Program-made: the position numbers and the translations under genes
Part shown: positions 24,943 through 38,658 of the stretch, piece after piece
Position numbering within the stretch: position 1 is the first letter of the stretch
How the letters are laid out: each line of letters opens with the position of its first letter
Assembly: GCA_036172245.1 (NCBI GenBank)
Contig: JAYWIR010000014.1
Span: 4,216,001-4,280,000, forward strand
DNA length: 64,000 nucleotides
Reading direction: 5' to 3'
Origin: Raillietiella orientalis
Lineage: Eukaryota
The notes under the pieces: model-generated
Told to the model about the DNA's origin: nothing
The model's input: the letters and a program-made list of their open reading frames with translations, nothing else
The model's database searches: none

Positions 24943-27900
24943 GTGAGTAACCGTTGTTAAGATCCAACTGTCTCCCAAAGTGCCTTCCTTTTCCTCCCGT
25001 GCTGAGAAACGTCCTCATTTCTTCTATCAATATAAAGTGAAAAATGGAAGTTCGCTACTCTTGGAAAATTGCGCTCTTCGCTTCCGTTCTCATTAGAGTA
25101 CAAGAGTCGTCCTTGTTTACAAAAAAAAAAACGTCATGGAAAAAATCTTTGATTAACTCGTAGAGGCCTCTCGCTCAGAGAAATTAGGAATCCGCTGGAT
25201 GGAATCCGTACGAAAAATATGAACGAACGGAGACGCTTTCTTCTGGAACCTCGAGCCAGCATCCGTACCGCGATAAATCGGCGAGATAATTTATTGGTGA
25301 ATTTTCGTTTGAGAGTAGAGGAAGGATGAATAAAGAATGGGGTTCTACCGGTTGGGGTATGCCGTCTCCCTGTTTATCCTTTGCCCCTAATTCTCAGAAC
25401 ACGTTCAACTCCCACTGGGAGAATCAACAGCAACCAATCTGGTAATGAAATATTCGCAACCTAAAAACGCACCAAAAGCAGTGGAGCTTTGGGAAGCATA
25501 AGCTTGATGATGCACAAAGATGAAGATAGATGGGTGATGTTTATATTCTTACCCCATAATGCAAGGAATGAGGCTGCCAGCATCCGCATCCTCTTGGATA
25601 GTGGTTGTTTATGTTGATATCAGATTGAGAAGGCTGTTGGTTTATATTATTGTTGGTGTAAGAGGTTGGAGATGGTAATATGAGTATGGCATTAGTATTA
25701 GGAAATTTTAATTTTAAGTGTAGCTGAAGAGTTCATGAAGTGGGTAGTGGTAATTTTTGTATTGTAGTAATAATTGAGATTGCTAGGGTCAAGTTTGTAT
25801 CCCTCACGTCTGGAATGCACCAAGGCTTACGAGTCGGTCTGCGTTTGAAGCTCGGATGTGCTGTTTGCGTTGGGACACTCAGTGAGCCTCGTGATCCAAA
25901 GCAAGAAGGTACTAACGCAGCTTCAGCACTGCCTATTCGCGCCATGCAAGATAAAGTAAATGCACCCTCTGCAGCGAGGCTCTCGTTTCTCCCTCACGTT
26001 CCAAGCTAAGGAATCAGCGAGTATTGAAAAAGGTTGCCGCCGACTCCGCTTGGGTCTTTTCTCCGTGACCAAAGGTTCTTGCCCGGGCCCTCCCCTCCAA
26101 GGGGATGGCGCGTTTTCGGCGTGCCTGATGGTTCCAAGGAAACAAACCGCTACGAAACTATGCTGTCAGCTTTGTCGACTTGTCGCTTTCCGGTCACCTT
26201 TGCGCAGGCTTGGGTGCTTGGCGGAAATGCTCCAGACATTTCCGGCTACCGGACCTCCATTTTGCTTGGTCGTGTGGCTTCCAGCCTACAGCTTCGGAAT
26301 ACCCCAGCCGCACGCTCGACTTGTAAATCCAAACTGCCAGTTTGCAGGAGTTCCGCAGAGCACAGCCAACATTGGGAAGCACCAAGAACGAAGAGAAAAT
26401 ACCGAGAGACGCCGAAACTCTTTTCTTCATGGATATGCATTTTTCTTTTTCCAACAGCTCCTCGAATTGAATCCGTCTCCAAAGAAACCTTAAGGTCCTC
26501 AGCCGGCAGCTATCGATTGCTGTCACAGAGATGGCGCAAGGCGTTGTTTTGAGACTGTCCTATGAGGGCGCGTTGGGCAAACCACTCCATCTAAAGTTAA
26601 CACGATTCACGCGCTGAGTTCTTTGCGTGAAGAAGGATGGAAGGAATCCGTGAATCGCACTGGGTGCTCCAAGAAGACCAGAGCGTCGTTTTTCGATTCC
26701 CGGAAAATTTGGCATAAGCGCAGATGGAAGATGTCCCAGAGTTTCCTGCCGATCGGCTGTGTGTAACAGGCTGAAAGAACCTGCTCCTGTCCTTCCCTCA
26801 GTGCTCTGCGGAGTGAAGAAGCTGTATCTTTCATACCCGTACATCAGGGCCATCTCATCAGCGAGGGTGCGCATCAGGTTTGCACTCTAAAGGAAGCTCT
26901 TCGAAGGTGCTGTAGTAGACAAGCCTTGGTTCCTTGGTTCGCTTCATACCAGTACATGGAAAACCGGTTGCATGGCTTCTCCCTGTAGTGACCAGCTGAT
27001 TAGCAATCTGCTGCTACGTCTGGAATCAGTTTCGCGGACTGAAGAAGAGAAGGGAAGACAGAAGACAAAAGGGAGGGGCAGGTGGTTCTCTTTCAGCAAA
27101 AAGGTAAGCGAGATGGACTCACGAAATTGCCTTCTCTATCCTCGGGGAGCACTTGTTCGTGTAACGGCGAGTTGACTCAGGAGAACCACATCCACCGCTG
27201 GCATTTCCTCTTTCCTAATCCTTGCACACCGATCCTCTCTCTTTCCTGCCTCCCTCTGGCTGGAGTGCGACTCACCTTGCACATCAGTGGGGATCTTGCG
27301 TCTATGGAGTAGCCGGGCATCCAGTGTCTTCTGCGAAGAGGCCAGTCTCTCCATCCCTTGTTTACGCTAGCCCTTCCTAATACAACCAAGAGTGATGAGT
27401 TTTTTTTTTTCTTTTCATTTTTTTTTCTCTTGCAAAGGAGAGCAGAAAGAACAAGCCTTGGAAAACACTCATGCGCAAAGTTAATGGCGCAGGGGGTTGT
27501 CCTCGTTGTCACCACTAACGTCCTCATGTCCGCCTTGTGCCCCGCTTCCCTGGCTTCAAACCCCTTGGAAGCAAATGAAACACTTGCTCTCGGTTTGGTG
27601 GGTGCCATGATTTCCATGGTCGACCTTTCTCGTCCCCAGCCTGTAAAGCAAACTTGGCACCACTGCCCCTCCGGTTCTGCCTGGTCCTTTAGTTTCATCC
27701 CAAGTCTGCCAAGCGGGATGCGGACCTCTTCAGATGCATCATCTTCGATCAGTTGTTTGAGCCCAATATGAGCCCTTGTGATGTCCGTGAAGCGAAAGAA
27801 TAACCGTCCATCCCTCCGATTCTCATTGAGCGGTGCTCCGGCTGCTGCGCGACGCGAAGAGAGGGTTCCTTCTTTCCACTGCAGCTGATGCCCTCTTGTC

Positions 27901-29374
27901 CTGCACGTCTGTAACTCCAACTAAGTGCGAAGAGAGCGAAGCCGCGAGGGAGCGACACACTTTTCCCCCAGATACGAAACAGCATCCCTGGGAGGTGGTT
28001 GCGTCGCATCCCCGTCCACTCCTCCACCTAGGAAGCGGGGGAAGCGGGAGGGGGGATGCCTTCCGTTTCCATGGATTATCCGCATCAGGAAGAAGCACCG
28101 CGAATTGCCTCAAAATTCAGTCCTATCGCGAAAGCAACCGGCCTGACCCGGGAGCAGATTGGTCCCGAGCACTCCAGGTGTCGGTGCGCTGCACATCCTT
28201 GCATCCTCGTGATGGCGATGCAGTGATGCCATTTGTTAGCCGTCGACACTTTAAAAAATCCCCCACAGAAACACCCCGTTACGTGCACCCATCGGACTGC
28301 TGATGCTGATTCCACCAGCATGCAAGAGACTTCCAGAGAAAGATTATGGTAGTGGTGTTGTTTTTTTTTTTTTATTCTGGTGTGCGCCTGCATTTGTGAG
28401 TCTTTCTGCTTCTACGTGAACTGTCGGCGTCTGTCTGCCTGTTTGTCTGCCTGTGTATGTCCGTGTGTACACGCACACGTGCTTGGAAGCGTAGATGTCC
28501 ATAACTTGTAGTTGTAAATTACAAGAAGAGGACAGTGGTGATCATGATCCACATTCACGAAATACGTCGGCACCATCAACGTAGTTCAAAAGAAACATCG
28601 TGGATGCGAGCAAGAGCAAGTGCAAGGATTTGTGGCGCTGAGAGAGTTGGTATCACTGGGCCAGCCCAGTGATACCAACTCTTTGCAAACATTCATCCCG
28701 GGAGTTGTGGAACTCCCGAATGGACCATCGAGAATTCAGTAGGGATGGATGGATGGATGGATTCCTTTTTAAAGTGTCCCCCACAAAACGAACTCTAAAA
28801 CTGAATCTTTCTGGAACAGAGCTCCTCAATTCGATGCCGCCGAACTCACAACTTCACTGCGAAAGATCTGGAGCGAATCGCTTCTATTCCTACCAGTGCA
28901 GCCAATCTAGCAGCCGCAAAACATTGGCGGCACGTTGCCACTGGCGACAGAGGAGACATGAAGATCCTTTGAGTGAAGGGAGATCAGGTTTCTTCGCAAG
29001 GTTCCAGCTTGAAAGTGTGCGAGGCAAACCTCGCCCCTTTCTTCGAATCCTTCGGGCATCCTGGATGTCTGCAGCAGTGCTGGGCAGAGTGCCTGTTGCA
29101 TCAGGGAGTGCTTGATCTGGCTGACAGATGCTGAAGACAAAAGCGCCTGTCGACCGGACACTTGTGAGTGGACACGGAAAAAGAGGCAATCGCTTCCCGG
29201 ATGGAGGCCGGTGCCGTCATTCGAACGCCTCGTGGATCGCCCTCGAAAACGCGGAGAAAAAACGGAGCTCATGAAATCCCCGTTTCGTTCTCACCTTGTG
29301 CTCTTTCTCATCCGTGATCCGTTGCCACGGCGAAGAAAGAACAGTGGACTAACCCGATTGCCTTTTCTTTCCAG

Positions 29375-29530
29375 TGCTGTTGATCCTTGCATCGCAGCGG
29401 ATAGAAGTAGCTGTAGTGGATTGGCTGGGATTCAATCAGAGTGTGCTTACTTGGGTACTCAAGAACAGCACATCGAAAAGAGGTAGCGCTCCTACCGTGG
29501 TGGAGTGGATGATCATCGCCTATGTGTGTG
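29375..29530 (+). CDS. Trpgamma: exon 7, S1-S2 (LLILASQRIE...KRGSAPTVVEWMIIAYVC)
   Basis: tttccag| acceptor; G|gtaagt donor. Confidence 0.96.
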
Positions 29531-30586
29531 GTAAGTGGGGCCCTGGTTCACCCATTCAGCGCGGCTCCGAACACGTCCTTCCACGTGATCAGTTTCGAAG
29601 CGAAATGATGACTTTCCTTTGAACCCTCTTCCTTCCATCCGTGTTTCTCTCCCAAATACTGGATTTTGATGGAACGAGTGGTTTAATAACCGAACACTCT
29701 TGAGGAGTGAGGAATCAGATGTTCACTGGAGCACGTCTCCTAGAATGGAGGACGGTCGCCTTTCTTTGCACATTCATCCTCGGATTTGGCATTGGAGAAG
29801 TTGCAGCGTCCTCTCTTTGTGGGGGGAGGGGCGTGTGAGCATTTCTTTGAATGTGTAACTGGCCTGGTTGGCTGCTTGCGTCGTACACTTTGTGTCGGCA
29901 TCTTCTCCCCATTGCTTCTGCCCACATCTTCTGCCATCTCGACGGGTAAACAAACATCCCTGTTTTCTTGAAGAGATCTAAATAATTGTCCGTTTCATCA
30001 TTGCTGTCGTTATCACCGCCTGCACTCTTAGGAATTTTTGAGGGTTCCTTTTTGCTCACTTGAAGCACGAATTTACTTCCGCAGCACGCGAACGCTTTTC
30101 ATCTGAGTGTTTTGCTCCTTTTTTTTTTCCTTTATGTTTTTGGCTTCAGATTGAGTTTCAGTGCTTGGAAGAATGGATGGGCACCTGAATTCTTCCCGTG
30201 TCCACAACACGCAGGAACTGGCGCTGAAAAGTTCCTTTCCTTTTGATTCCCAGCTGTTTCCTTTTGATCGTGGAGCGTGAGCTGCTCCCCGCGCCAACTT
30301 CTGGCGGCTGTTACACTGCTTGGATTGTTTCTGAACTGCTTCTTTGCCCTTAGAGCTGCTGAGAGGAGTCCAATCCCCTGGTTTCGTTAAAAATTTAAAA
30401 CTCTTTGCAAACATTCCTCGTCGGCTGTTTCTCTTGGAACCCATTGCGATTTGGCAGTCACGCCACACCCAGCAGACGCTTCCCCAGCTAACTCGAGAAA
30501 ACCAAGGGCTACGCGAGGAATTGCATCCAGGGCATTTCAAGCAGCGTGGACAAGCACACATGTATACACGGCTATACATGGATGTA

Positions 30587-30589
<3 letters not shown>

Positions 30590-30630
<41 letters not shown>
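30590..30630 (+). repeat. (GT)~20 microsatellite
   Basis: Uninterrupted GT run. Confidence 0.98.
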
Positions 30631-30633
<3 letters not shown>

Positions 30634-33600
30634 GATCAAATGGTCTTTTAAAACTGATGGACTGATTGAACGAGGACAAACAAGTAAAAAAAAAGTAACT
30701 GCAGCGCAACGACGAAAGCAGGCTAGAGACGGAGATTCTTCAGGGAGTATGCAAAGAATTAAATTTATTGCATCCGAGACATTAGGATGCAAGCTTCGTG
30801 GGAACGTATTAGGAATCAAACTGATGAGATGAGGATTTACATTGAGGCGCGAAACGGGTCGTCATAATGTTGCTGCATAAAATGCTTACAGAAATACCTT
30901 CCATTCTCCGAAAATATCAGAACATTACGAATAATCGAGAAACGGAGGCTGTAACTGCATTTCGCCATTTTGTCGATGAATGCCTCCTAGTTTAATAAGG
31001 GTCACCCTTTGATGGAGGGCGTTCGACAGCCATGATTCTCCAATATGTTCGAAGTGAGCTGGAATCCTCCTCTATCTGGAATCTCTAGAAGTGTAGATAT
31101 ATGCAAAAGATTCGTGTCATCTGTGTGAGAAGTAATAGGTGACTTGCCACTCATCATCAGAACATCTCTCCTCCAAAGCGTGAATCATGTACGGCTACTG
31201 CAAACTACGGGATGTAAATAAATGCCCCAGCACGTATTTGTCTGGACACGTTTACGCACACGTGTTTGCTTGTTATTGTGGACGAGCAGTGTACGACAGT
31301 ACAGTGCTCGTCCACAATGAAAAAGCACCACAGTTTGAAATCCTATTTGAGGTTGCTGGAGTTCATAATCGTGTTGGCATTTTTTTGTGAAGGAGAGCGT
31401 TAACTGCATGAAAAGTCGGTTCCAAATGCTGCGTAAATGAGATAAGAAATCCAGCATGAAAACGAAATCCAAAAGCATAAAAAAAAAAAAAAAAAAAGCG
31501 ACGACTTTTGCCGATCTGAACTTTCTCACGTTAGTTTTTGTCATCTGCCGTCTTACTGCTCATCCGGGTAGGTTCATCATTCCATCTTGAAAGACGCAGG
31601 AGACAACAGAAGATCCTTGAGCTGCTCGTTAATAGTTCTCATGACTACTATTGCAAGCATCGTCGGCGTTGCCATGACGCTCGCGTCGCTACTCAGCGTT
31701 ACACGTGGAGCCTTCTGATGAGGGATTATCGGGACCAGAGTTAAAATAAGTAACAACGGGCGCCAGCTGTATTCCTTGAGTGGCGCAGATTATTTTCTGT
31801 ACGGTCCCGCTAGAAATCCGGAATCATCTCTGCACACGCCATTGGTGTGACTTCCCATAGATTCAGAGAGCATAGCGAACGGGTAGAGCCTTCCATCGAA
31901 CTCGCCCACGTGCTGGCGAGAGCTTTCTGAAAGCAACAGACACAACTGGAGATTTACAAGAATCATGATGAAAGTGCTCCAGAGGTTTAAAGGAAGGTTT
32001 TTTCCGGATTCATCGCGGGAATCCTTGTTTGTCACGAGGAGAAATGAGACGTTAGCGCGGAACACCTTGCTCTGCGCGCGAAAGAGTTGCAGCGTTCGGA
32101 GTTTCTTCGCGAATGGAAGAGTTCCACCTCGTGAGCGCGCACGCCGACGTCGTCTACTGCCACCCACTGATGGTGGCTTCTCGAGGAAGCATCTTGCATC
32201 TGCATCCCATCCCCTTTGCATCCCTCCCCCGGATAGGTGAGACGGTGGGATTCGTCACGATCCATGGCAGGGTTTTGGCTGGCAACCCCGCCATTTTTTC
32301 CTTTGCTGACCTCATGAGGGTTCCTCACTGAATCGAAAGTTTGCTCTCACCGATCCGCATCAGCGCGAAGGGCTGGAGATATTTCCATCTGCTTCCAGGA
32401 TTTCTTTCGGGAATGACCCACGTGAGCTCGCACGCTTATGGAAAATAATGCGATGGCGACTTACGTTCAAGAACTGCTTACTGCTTACTGCACTAGTCTT
32501 CCAGAATGCTTAATTCCGCTTCAACCTCTGCCGAGCCCAGGCATTATCTCGCAATTTTTTTTTTTTTCTCTGGAAGTTTCTTGACTTCCGTTATGGCAGT
32601 TCCATCCTCCCCATTTTCAAAGCTGGGTAATTGATAACAACTGTGTAGAGAGCAAGCGACAAAAACGTAACTCCCACTCACAGAGTGGCTTCTCAGGCGA
32701 CGTCGATGACCTGTTTCCAGCCAAGAGAGGGTTTCGGGCAGTTGAACGTGTTTTCGTTGCCCTTCTTCAACACAAGGGCCGCCACCGCCGCGGAGTCTTT
32801 GAAAGTCACACCCTAAGGAACCAAGTTCACGCAAGTTCCCCGAATCGAGAGATTCCTAAAGTCTGGTGGCAAAACTGACCGATTTGTCTCGAGGCACTCG
32901 GCCGTACAGATGCCGGCCAACGCCTGTCGCCACTGTTCCGCAAAAGGTCACGCGAATCCATCGCAAGGCATGTCGTTCGCTTTTTCCTTTGCGCTACTCT
33001 CAGAGCGACCCGGGATGCCCGCAGTCATGTGTCAGCTTCCTCGCTCAACAAAACGAAGTGACCCTGCAACCTTCAAAGGTAGCCGCTTGATTCTGTGCAC
33101 TGCATCCAGAAACACGCCGCATTCTTGCCCATAAATCGATGGAAGCACAAGAGGTCCTTTTGTTTCCACCCACAGCTGAAAACGCACTCCCTTGCACACG
33201 CTCAGACCGAAGGAAGCCACGTCACGATGCTCCTTGGGCATAATCCTCAAGGAACACATGGAAATACGCGGGCCAGAGCACTTCCGCATCGGGTGGCTGG
33301 CAGTCCTCCTCCTGCGAAGATGCGAAGCGGATTGTGCGAAGATGGGGGCATAGCGTCCAGCGTCCTAAATACGAGAATCAACCGCTTCCCTTCAACTTTT
33401 TCCAGGAACAGGCGTAGTCGCTAACGTTCCAGCCTTCCCAACCTTCGGTGAGGCTCGGACAACTCGCTTTCCTGATCCTCCCTCGGCACCTTCGCGATGA
33501 AAGTCCTCCCGATTTTTGCATGGGCCGAATTTCGAAAAATTGATCTGTCCAGCCATTTTCTTTTCTTTTTTTCTTCCTTCCCTTCTTTTTTCCTCCTCCG

Positions 33601-35310
33601 TTCTTTCCCTTTCCTCCCTTCCTCCTCTCTTTCCTCCTCCTCACTTCCTTTCTTCTCCTCCCTTCTTTCCGCATTCGTGATCACATGGCACCCGTTACCC
33701 GTAGCAAGGCATCTTCTTCATTCGCATGTCGCGGTCACAGGAGCGGTGTCTCTTCCCAGAGAACCACACCCTGCACACATCCTGATATTCCCGCTGATCC
33801 GAGCCGAATTTCGACTTGACTCAGTTTGGACGCTGCCTCGTTGCTGGTCACTTTTTCCCCGCGGCTGACGTCAAGCGCCACGTTTCTTCCGCTCGCTTGC
33901 TGACGGTGTTCCTTTCCGGGAGACGCAAGTGATTCTTCAAATGACATCGGAAACTTCCTGAATATTCACGGGTGACTTTTCAAAATGTGGGGGACCTGAA
34001 CATTCCTGAACTCAACGAGTATGGGGCGGCAAAATGATGCAGGAAGAATGGGGTCAGTTCCGATGCACAGGAGGGGAGCGCTTTGGTCATGAGTGAGGTC
34101 ACCCCTCCAGTCTGAAGAAATTCCCGCTCAGAACTGCCCACTTCCCCTCTTCCTGCATCGAAATCTCCGGTTGCACGAAGCAGGTCGATGACCCACCAAG
34201 AGACTTGGAGGGGGACTGGAAGGGACATGATGGACATGACCCGGGGGACCGGCTCTTCTGCCCCCTTAGAGGATTGTTGAAGCGTGATGGAGGAGGAGGG
34301 GGAAACTCACATAAGCACGGGGATCAATGGAAAGCCAAGCCCCACGACAATACCTGAGGCGATCCTAAATGCTTACCCCTGCAACGCGATGCTTTCGAGA
34401 TCTGCATGTTCTCCACCATCGCCAAAGGCACCTCTTCCGCCCCTTGAAGAACCGAACCCGGAGGGGGAAGAGAAATAGCAGGGAGCTGCAAGGGGTCCCG
34501 TGTTCCGGGAGAGAAAGAGACTCATCCCAAGGTCCGGGGAGCACCGGAAATGGACGTGTCTCGACTCGCGATCTCAGAGCCTGCCAGAAAATCTCTCGAG
34601 TTCCGCTCCGACGGACATTCCGTGGGGTTTCGTTCCGAAGGCGTCCTGCCGGGCCCGTCGCTCGATTGCCTCGACTTTCCTCTGGAGTCATTCCATCTCC
34701 AGGACCGCCCCTTGGGAGGCAAGAAAGCCTCTTCGTGCGGATCACGTGGCCGCAGCCACGCAGCCTCCGTCGGAGGAGGCTCCTAGCATGCAGGCCGCCC
34801 GTTGTGATGCCGCCGCAATCCCCAGAGGATTCAGAAGGAGGAATCCTCTCTCTGAGCCACCAAACTCCCGGCCACTGTTTGTGTTTCCCAAGAAGTCAGA
34901 CGGGCACCTCGGCATCTCGGTTCCACGTGTCCGTGGCTCGTGTGAGGCTGGGTTGCACGGTGCGCCTCCCGGTTCTTCTTCCGGGAAGTATCTTCCTCCT
35001 TTGTTCCTCCGGCGCCAGTGAGACTCATGTGGCGCTGTCGCCCTGTGAAAATCCGAGCTGCGGAAATGCGACGCCCCCCGGCGCGTCAGGGGGCTCGAAC
35101 CCTTGGCATTCTCTTTTTCGAAGCGTGATCTGGAGGCTGTACGCTTGGCAGTCTCGGGGTCAGGGGGAGGGAGAGCCATCGCAGGTGCCGCGCATCTCTC
35201 ACTTCCAATCCTCCCGGGCGGGATGAGATTCTGATGCGCTGCGGCACTGAGGCAGCGCCGTCCTGCAGCCTCGCGACCGCGCCCCGGAAGGAAAATGGAG
35301 ATCACTGCGA

Positions 35311-35560
35311 AGGATGTCCACCTCTATCCTGCTCAAGATCTTAATCGGTCCCAGGTGTGGGTTCACGGAGAAGCTGTGGACCAGCTTCAGGGAGCTGTAA
35401 GAGGGGGAGAAAGGGCTGAGAAGGAGGGGGAGAGGGGAAGGGGGTGAACATCTTGTTGCGTCTCCGCGACGACGGCCAAGAAGGCTGCTTTTTTCCTCTC
35501 GCCTACCCGTGGGAGACGGGAAGAAGGAGGAAGAAGGGGAGGAGGAGGGTGAAGAGGGTG
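35311..35560 (-). pseudogene. Antisense duplicate of the intron 9 3' end plus the 5' part of exon 10
   Basis: Minus-strand translation reads [29 protein letters not shown]. The reverse complement of 35346-35406 matches 39032-39092 at 57/61 nt. Confidence 0.93.
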
Positions 35561-35769
35561 ACGAACCGCTTGCACCTCTCTGCAGGAAGCTCGACGGAAC
35601 CTGAAGCACCCGCTCGGATCGTCAGATCTGGATGCATTGCAGTACCTTTCTGAACCCGAGCCGTGGGGGCACACCGGTCTGCTTCTTGCTGCCAGAGGTC
35701 CACTTCCTCGGATGCATCGCCGTTCGTCCATTGCCTGGCTCCTGACGACGTCACCAGCACTGCTGTGCC

Positions 35770-36520
35770 GCAACGCGTGATGCCACATGTGTGGCACCAA
35801 GCGTTGCAGGTTCAAATTCCCACCTGGAGTATCGGTGCTTAGAACGGGTGAAGTGCGTCGTGACTTCCGTAGTCTTCCCCTCCTCGGAATGACGGCGTTT
35901 GTCCTGTAGACTTTGGGAGCAGCGCTGGTAGAAGAGGGAAATCGGAAGTCCTCGTTAACTAGCCGGGACAACTCCGGGGTGCTTCCAGGAATCAAGAAGC
36001 CCTTCAGGGTTTCCCTCCTGTTGCGAAAATGGAGCCTTCTTTTACACCGGGGGTGGACCTTCCGTGGAGCTGGTTGACACCTCAATAGGGAAGTCGCCTC
36101 TCCAGAGTGTGAAAAGAGCGCCCTTTAGAGAAATTGTGAAGCATCCTTTTGGGATTCTCTTCAGAGGAGTGGAAGCTTTCCGGAGGGTCTCTCCAGAGAA
36201 AAAATTCCAGAAGGCAATCCTCTTCGGGTTGTCTCCAGAGAAGAAATGATGGAGTATACCCCCTCGGGGGGTCACTCCCGAGAGAACAAGGAAGAGAGGT
36301 TCCCTTCGGTATTCCCTTCAGAGACAACCAGGGCGGAGGATTCTCTCCCAATAGCAAGAGAGGTTCAGACTTCTTCCTCAGGAGCCTTTCTGGATTCATA
36401 GGGTGGTCCCTCTGTGGAGTCCTCTTCAACTCGAAGAGTCGACACGCACTCCCAGGTAGAGTGGACAGCGTCAAATAGTTTCGTGAGCCCCTCCAAGGAG
36501 GCGAGCAGTTCCTCAGCACT
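35770..36520 (+). mobile_element. tRNA-derived SINE-like repeat, copy 2
   Basis: B-box-like GGTTCAAATTCC at 35809-35820. The body matches copy 1 in reverse (cf. translations SPLQSV, LFRGVxAFR and RSLxGFIG). Confidence 0.75.
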
Positions 36521-37415
36521 CCTTGGGAACCAAAAAAAGCTGGAAGGAAATCAAGGAAAGCAGAAGAACCCAAAATGATTTGCAGGAAGAGAACGGGGGA
36601 AACGACGGTTCTTTTCTTCTCCTTTTTGACGGTGGGATGTGGCCACACTCATCATGAAGTCCTCTGTTCCATGCGACAGGGGGAGGAAATGCGAAGCCGC
36701 CCGTCCGGCATCCCTGGTCACCCCTTGATGGAGGTGCTGAATGGCGGTGGTGGCAGTGGTGCGGCATTGCTCAGAACCTCGGATGCTTCCATCCTTCTCA
36801 CGGCAGCTGAGCCCTCGCCGTTGGTCTTCGGGCGAACGCGACTGCTGTCGACTTTGGCTCCTCAGGCCAGGAAAGCTGCGTCCACCGCGGCCTTTCCTAG
36901 CCTTTCCTCATTGGCGCCACCTCGCCACTGCAGTGCAGGAAGGTTTCGAACTTGCTGTCGAAGCTCGGCGAGCGAATGCTCCCCTTCCCCTTCCCGGAAG
37001 CGGAACCTAGGATCTTTGTGAAGGAACTGCTAGCTCTTCAAATATCTGGATCTTTCAGGCGCTCCGAATCCCGGGAGGCACGCCGTGGGTTCTCTGAGGC
37101 TTCTAGGAAGAGGGGAGAGGGTGCTCCCTTGAGCACGAGCAAGCGTCCTGGGAGCGTCGGAGCTGAGTGGAGGGGTCCAGGACTATCCCAGTGAGGCACT
37201 CCCACGAGGAAGATCTAGGGGGCGTCTCTGCGAGCAGCAGGAGGATCAGTCTGTCTCTCGCGTCCCCCAGAGCCATGGTTTTCGAAGTGTCCCGGTGCCA
37301 AACCAACCGATCCACCTGGCAACTTGATCCACTCCTCGCGCTCGCTTCGACTCGCGGAGCAGCTAACCTGCACCACCGAGAAGGGACTCACCTCCTCCTC
37401 TTCCCCCCTTTTCAG

Positions 37416-37555
37416 GTCTGATTTGGAACGAAATCAAGCAGATGTGGGACATGGGGCTGGTGGAGTATTCGAGGGATATGTGGAACATCATCGACTTCAT
37501 CACGAATTCCTTGTATGTCTCTACGGCCGCCCTGCGGCTCGTCTCCTTCTACCAG
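37416..37555 (+). CDS. Trpgamma: exon 8, S2-S3 (LIWNEIKQMWDMGL...MWNIIDFITNSLY)
   Basis: ttttcag| acceptor; CAG|gtgagg donor. Confidence 0.97.
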
Positions 37556-38658
37556 GTGAGGCCGCACGGGCTCTCCATCAGTTACGTGAGCAGTGCGCGC
37601 GCGCGCGCTCCCCTGGTCCGGTTCGAACCGACCATCCTCCGTCACCCCTTCTGGGTCAAGGAGTAGAGCTCCAAGCGAGGACGGGGGGAGGCGTCGCTGG
37701 CAGGGGAGGAGAGGGTAAAAAAAGAGGAGCCCGGGAGGAGTTTTGTCTCCTCCTGGGATCTCAGCAGGCTCAGGGAGTGCATCGATAAGAGTGGAGCGCC
37801 CGATGTCGTCGTCTTGGCTTCCTGGAAGGAGGAAGGTCTTTCGGCCGAAGAGGTGCTCGTCGGACTCCGGGATTCTCAGGCGAGAACCTTTCGTGCCGGG
37901 ATCTACTGTGCGACTTGGAAGTCCGAAGACTCCAGCCAAAGGGAACCCTATCGCGGTCTTGGCAACCGGTCGCCAGGGAAAACTCGTCCTTCCCCATTCC
38001 TCCTCTTCGCTTCCCGTACACCTCTAGGGATCATGGAGTCTTCTCCCTTTCCCCTGAGTTCTTTCTGTCTTCCCCCTGAATTATGATGGAAGGACAACCT
38101 ACGTCCCGTGGGATAATCCTTGCTTAGCCTGCGAGGGCGCAGACACAGGCGGGCGGTCTCAGAAGGAGTTCTGCCGCCCCTTCATGGAAGGTGAGTCCAC
38201 GTGCAACGCGCTCGGCACCGTTCCTGAGAGGATAGGGAGTAGGTGGGGAAGGGGCGAGGAGAGAGCAGCAGCAGGACGCTGCGCGCCTCCCCAGAGTCTG
38301 GGCCGGAACTCATCACCTTCAACCACTCTTTTGGCGCCCTCCGATGAGGCACCGTGCAAGCAGCAGGACGACCTCCCGTGGCTTGGCGAGCGAAATGGGA
38401 AGTAGGCAGGTGGAGTCCCTGGCGCGCGCGCGTCCTCGTGGAGACTCCGCGGCGACCGGGACCGTGAATCGGCTCTCTCCGATCCGACTAGGGGTGTCCC
38501 GGCTCCGGCAAGAGGGAGCTCTTGTGTCTTGATCCGTTGGCTCCCTCTTTTCTCCCTCTGAAACAACAAGTCATTATCCAGGAGCGCGCCGTTCAGCAGG
38601 GGCAGGAGGGGAGTCGCTCTTTTCTCGTCTCTATCACGCTCCCTCCCGCCCTTTCCAG

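Noticed and set aside
35311..35410. Mutually exclusive alternative exon 10, or a second TRP gene on the minus strand
   Set aside because: Wrong strand for splicing into this mRNA. Homology decays after about 30 codons and the mirrored exons 8-9 are disrupted.
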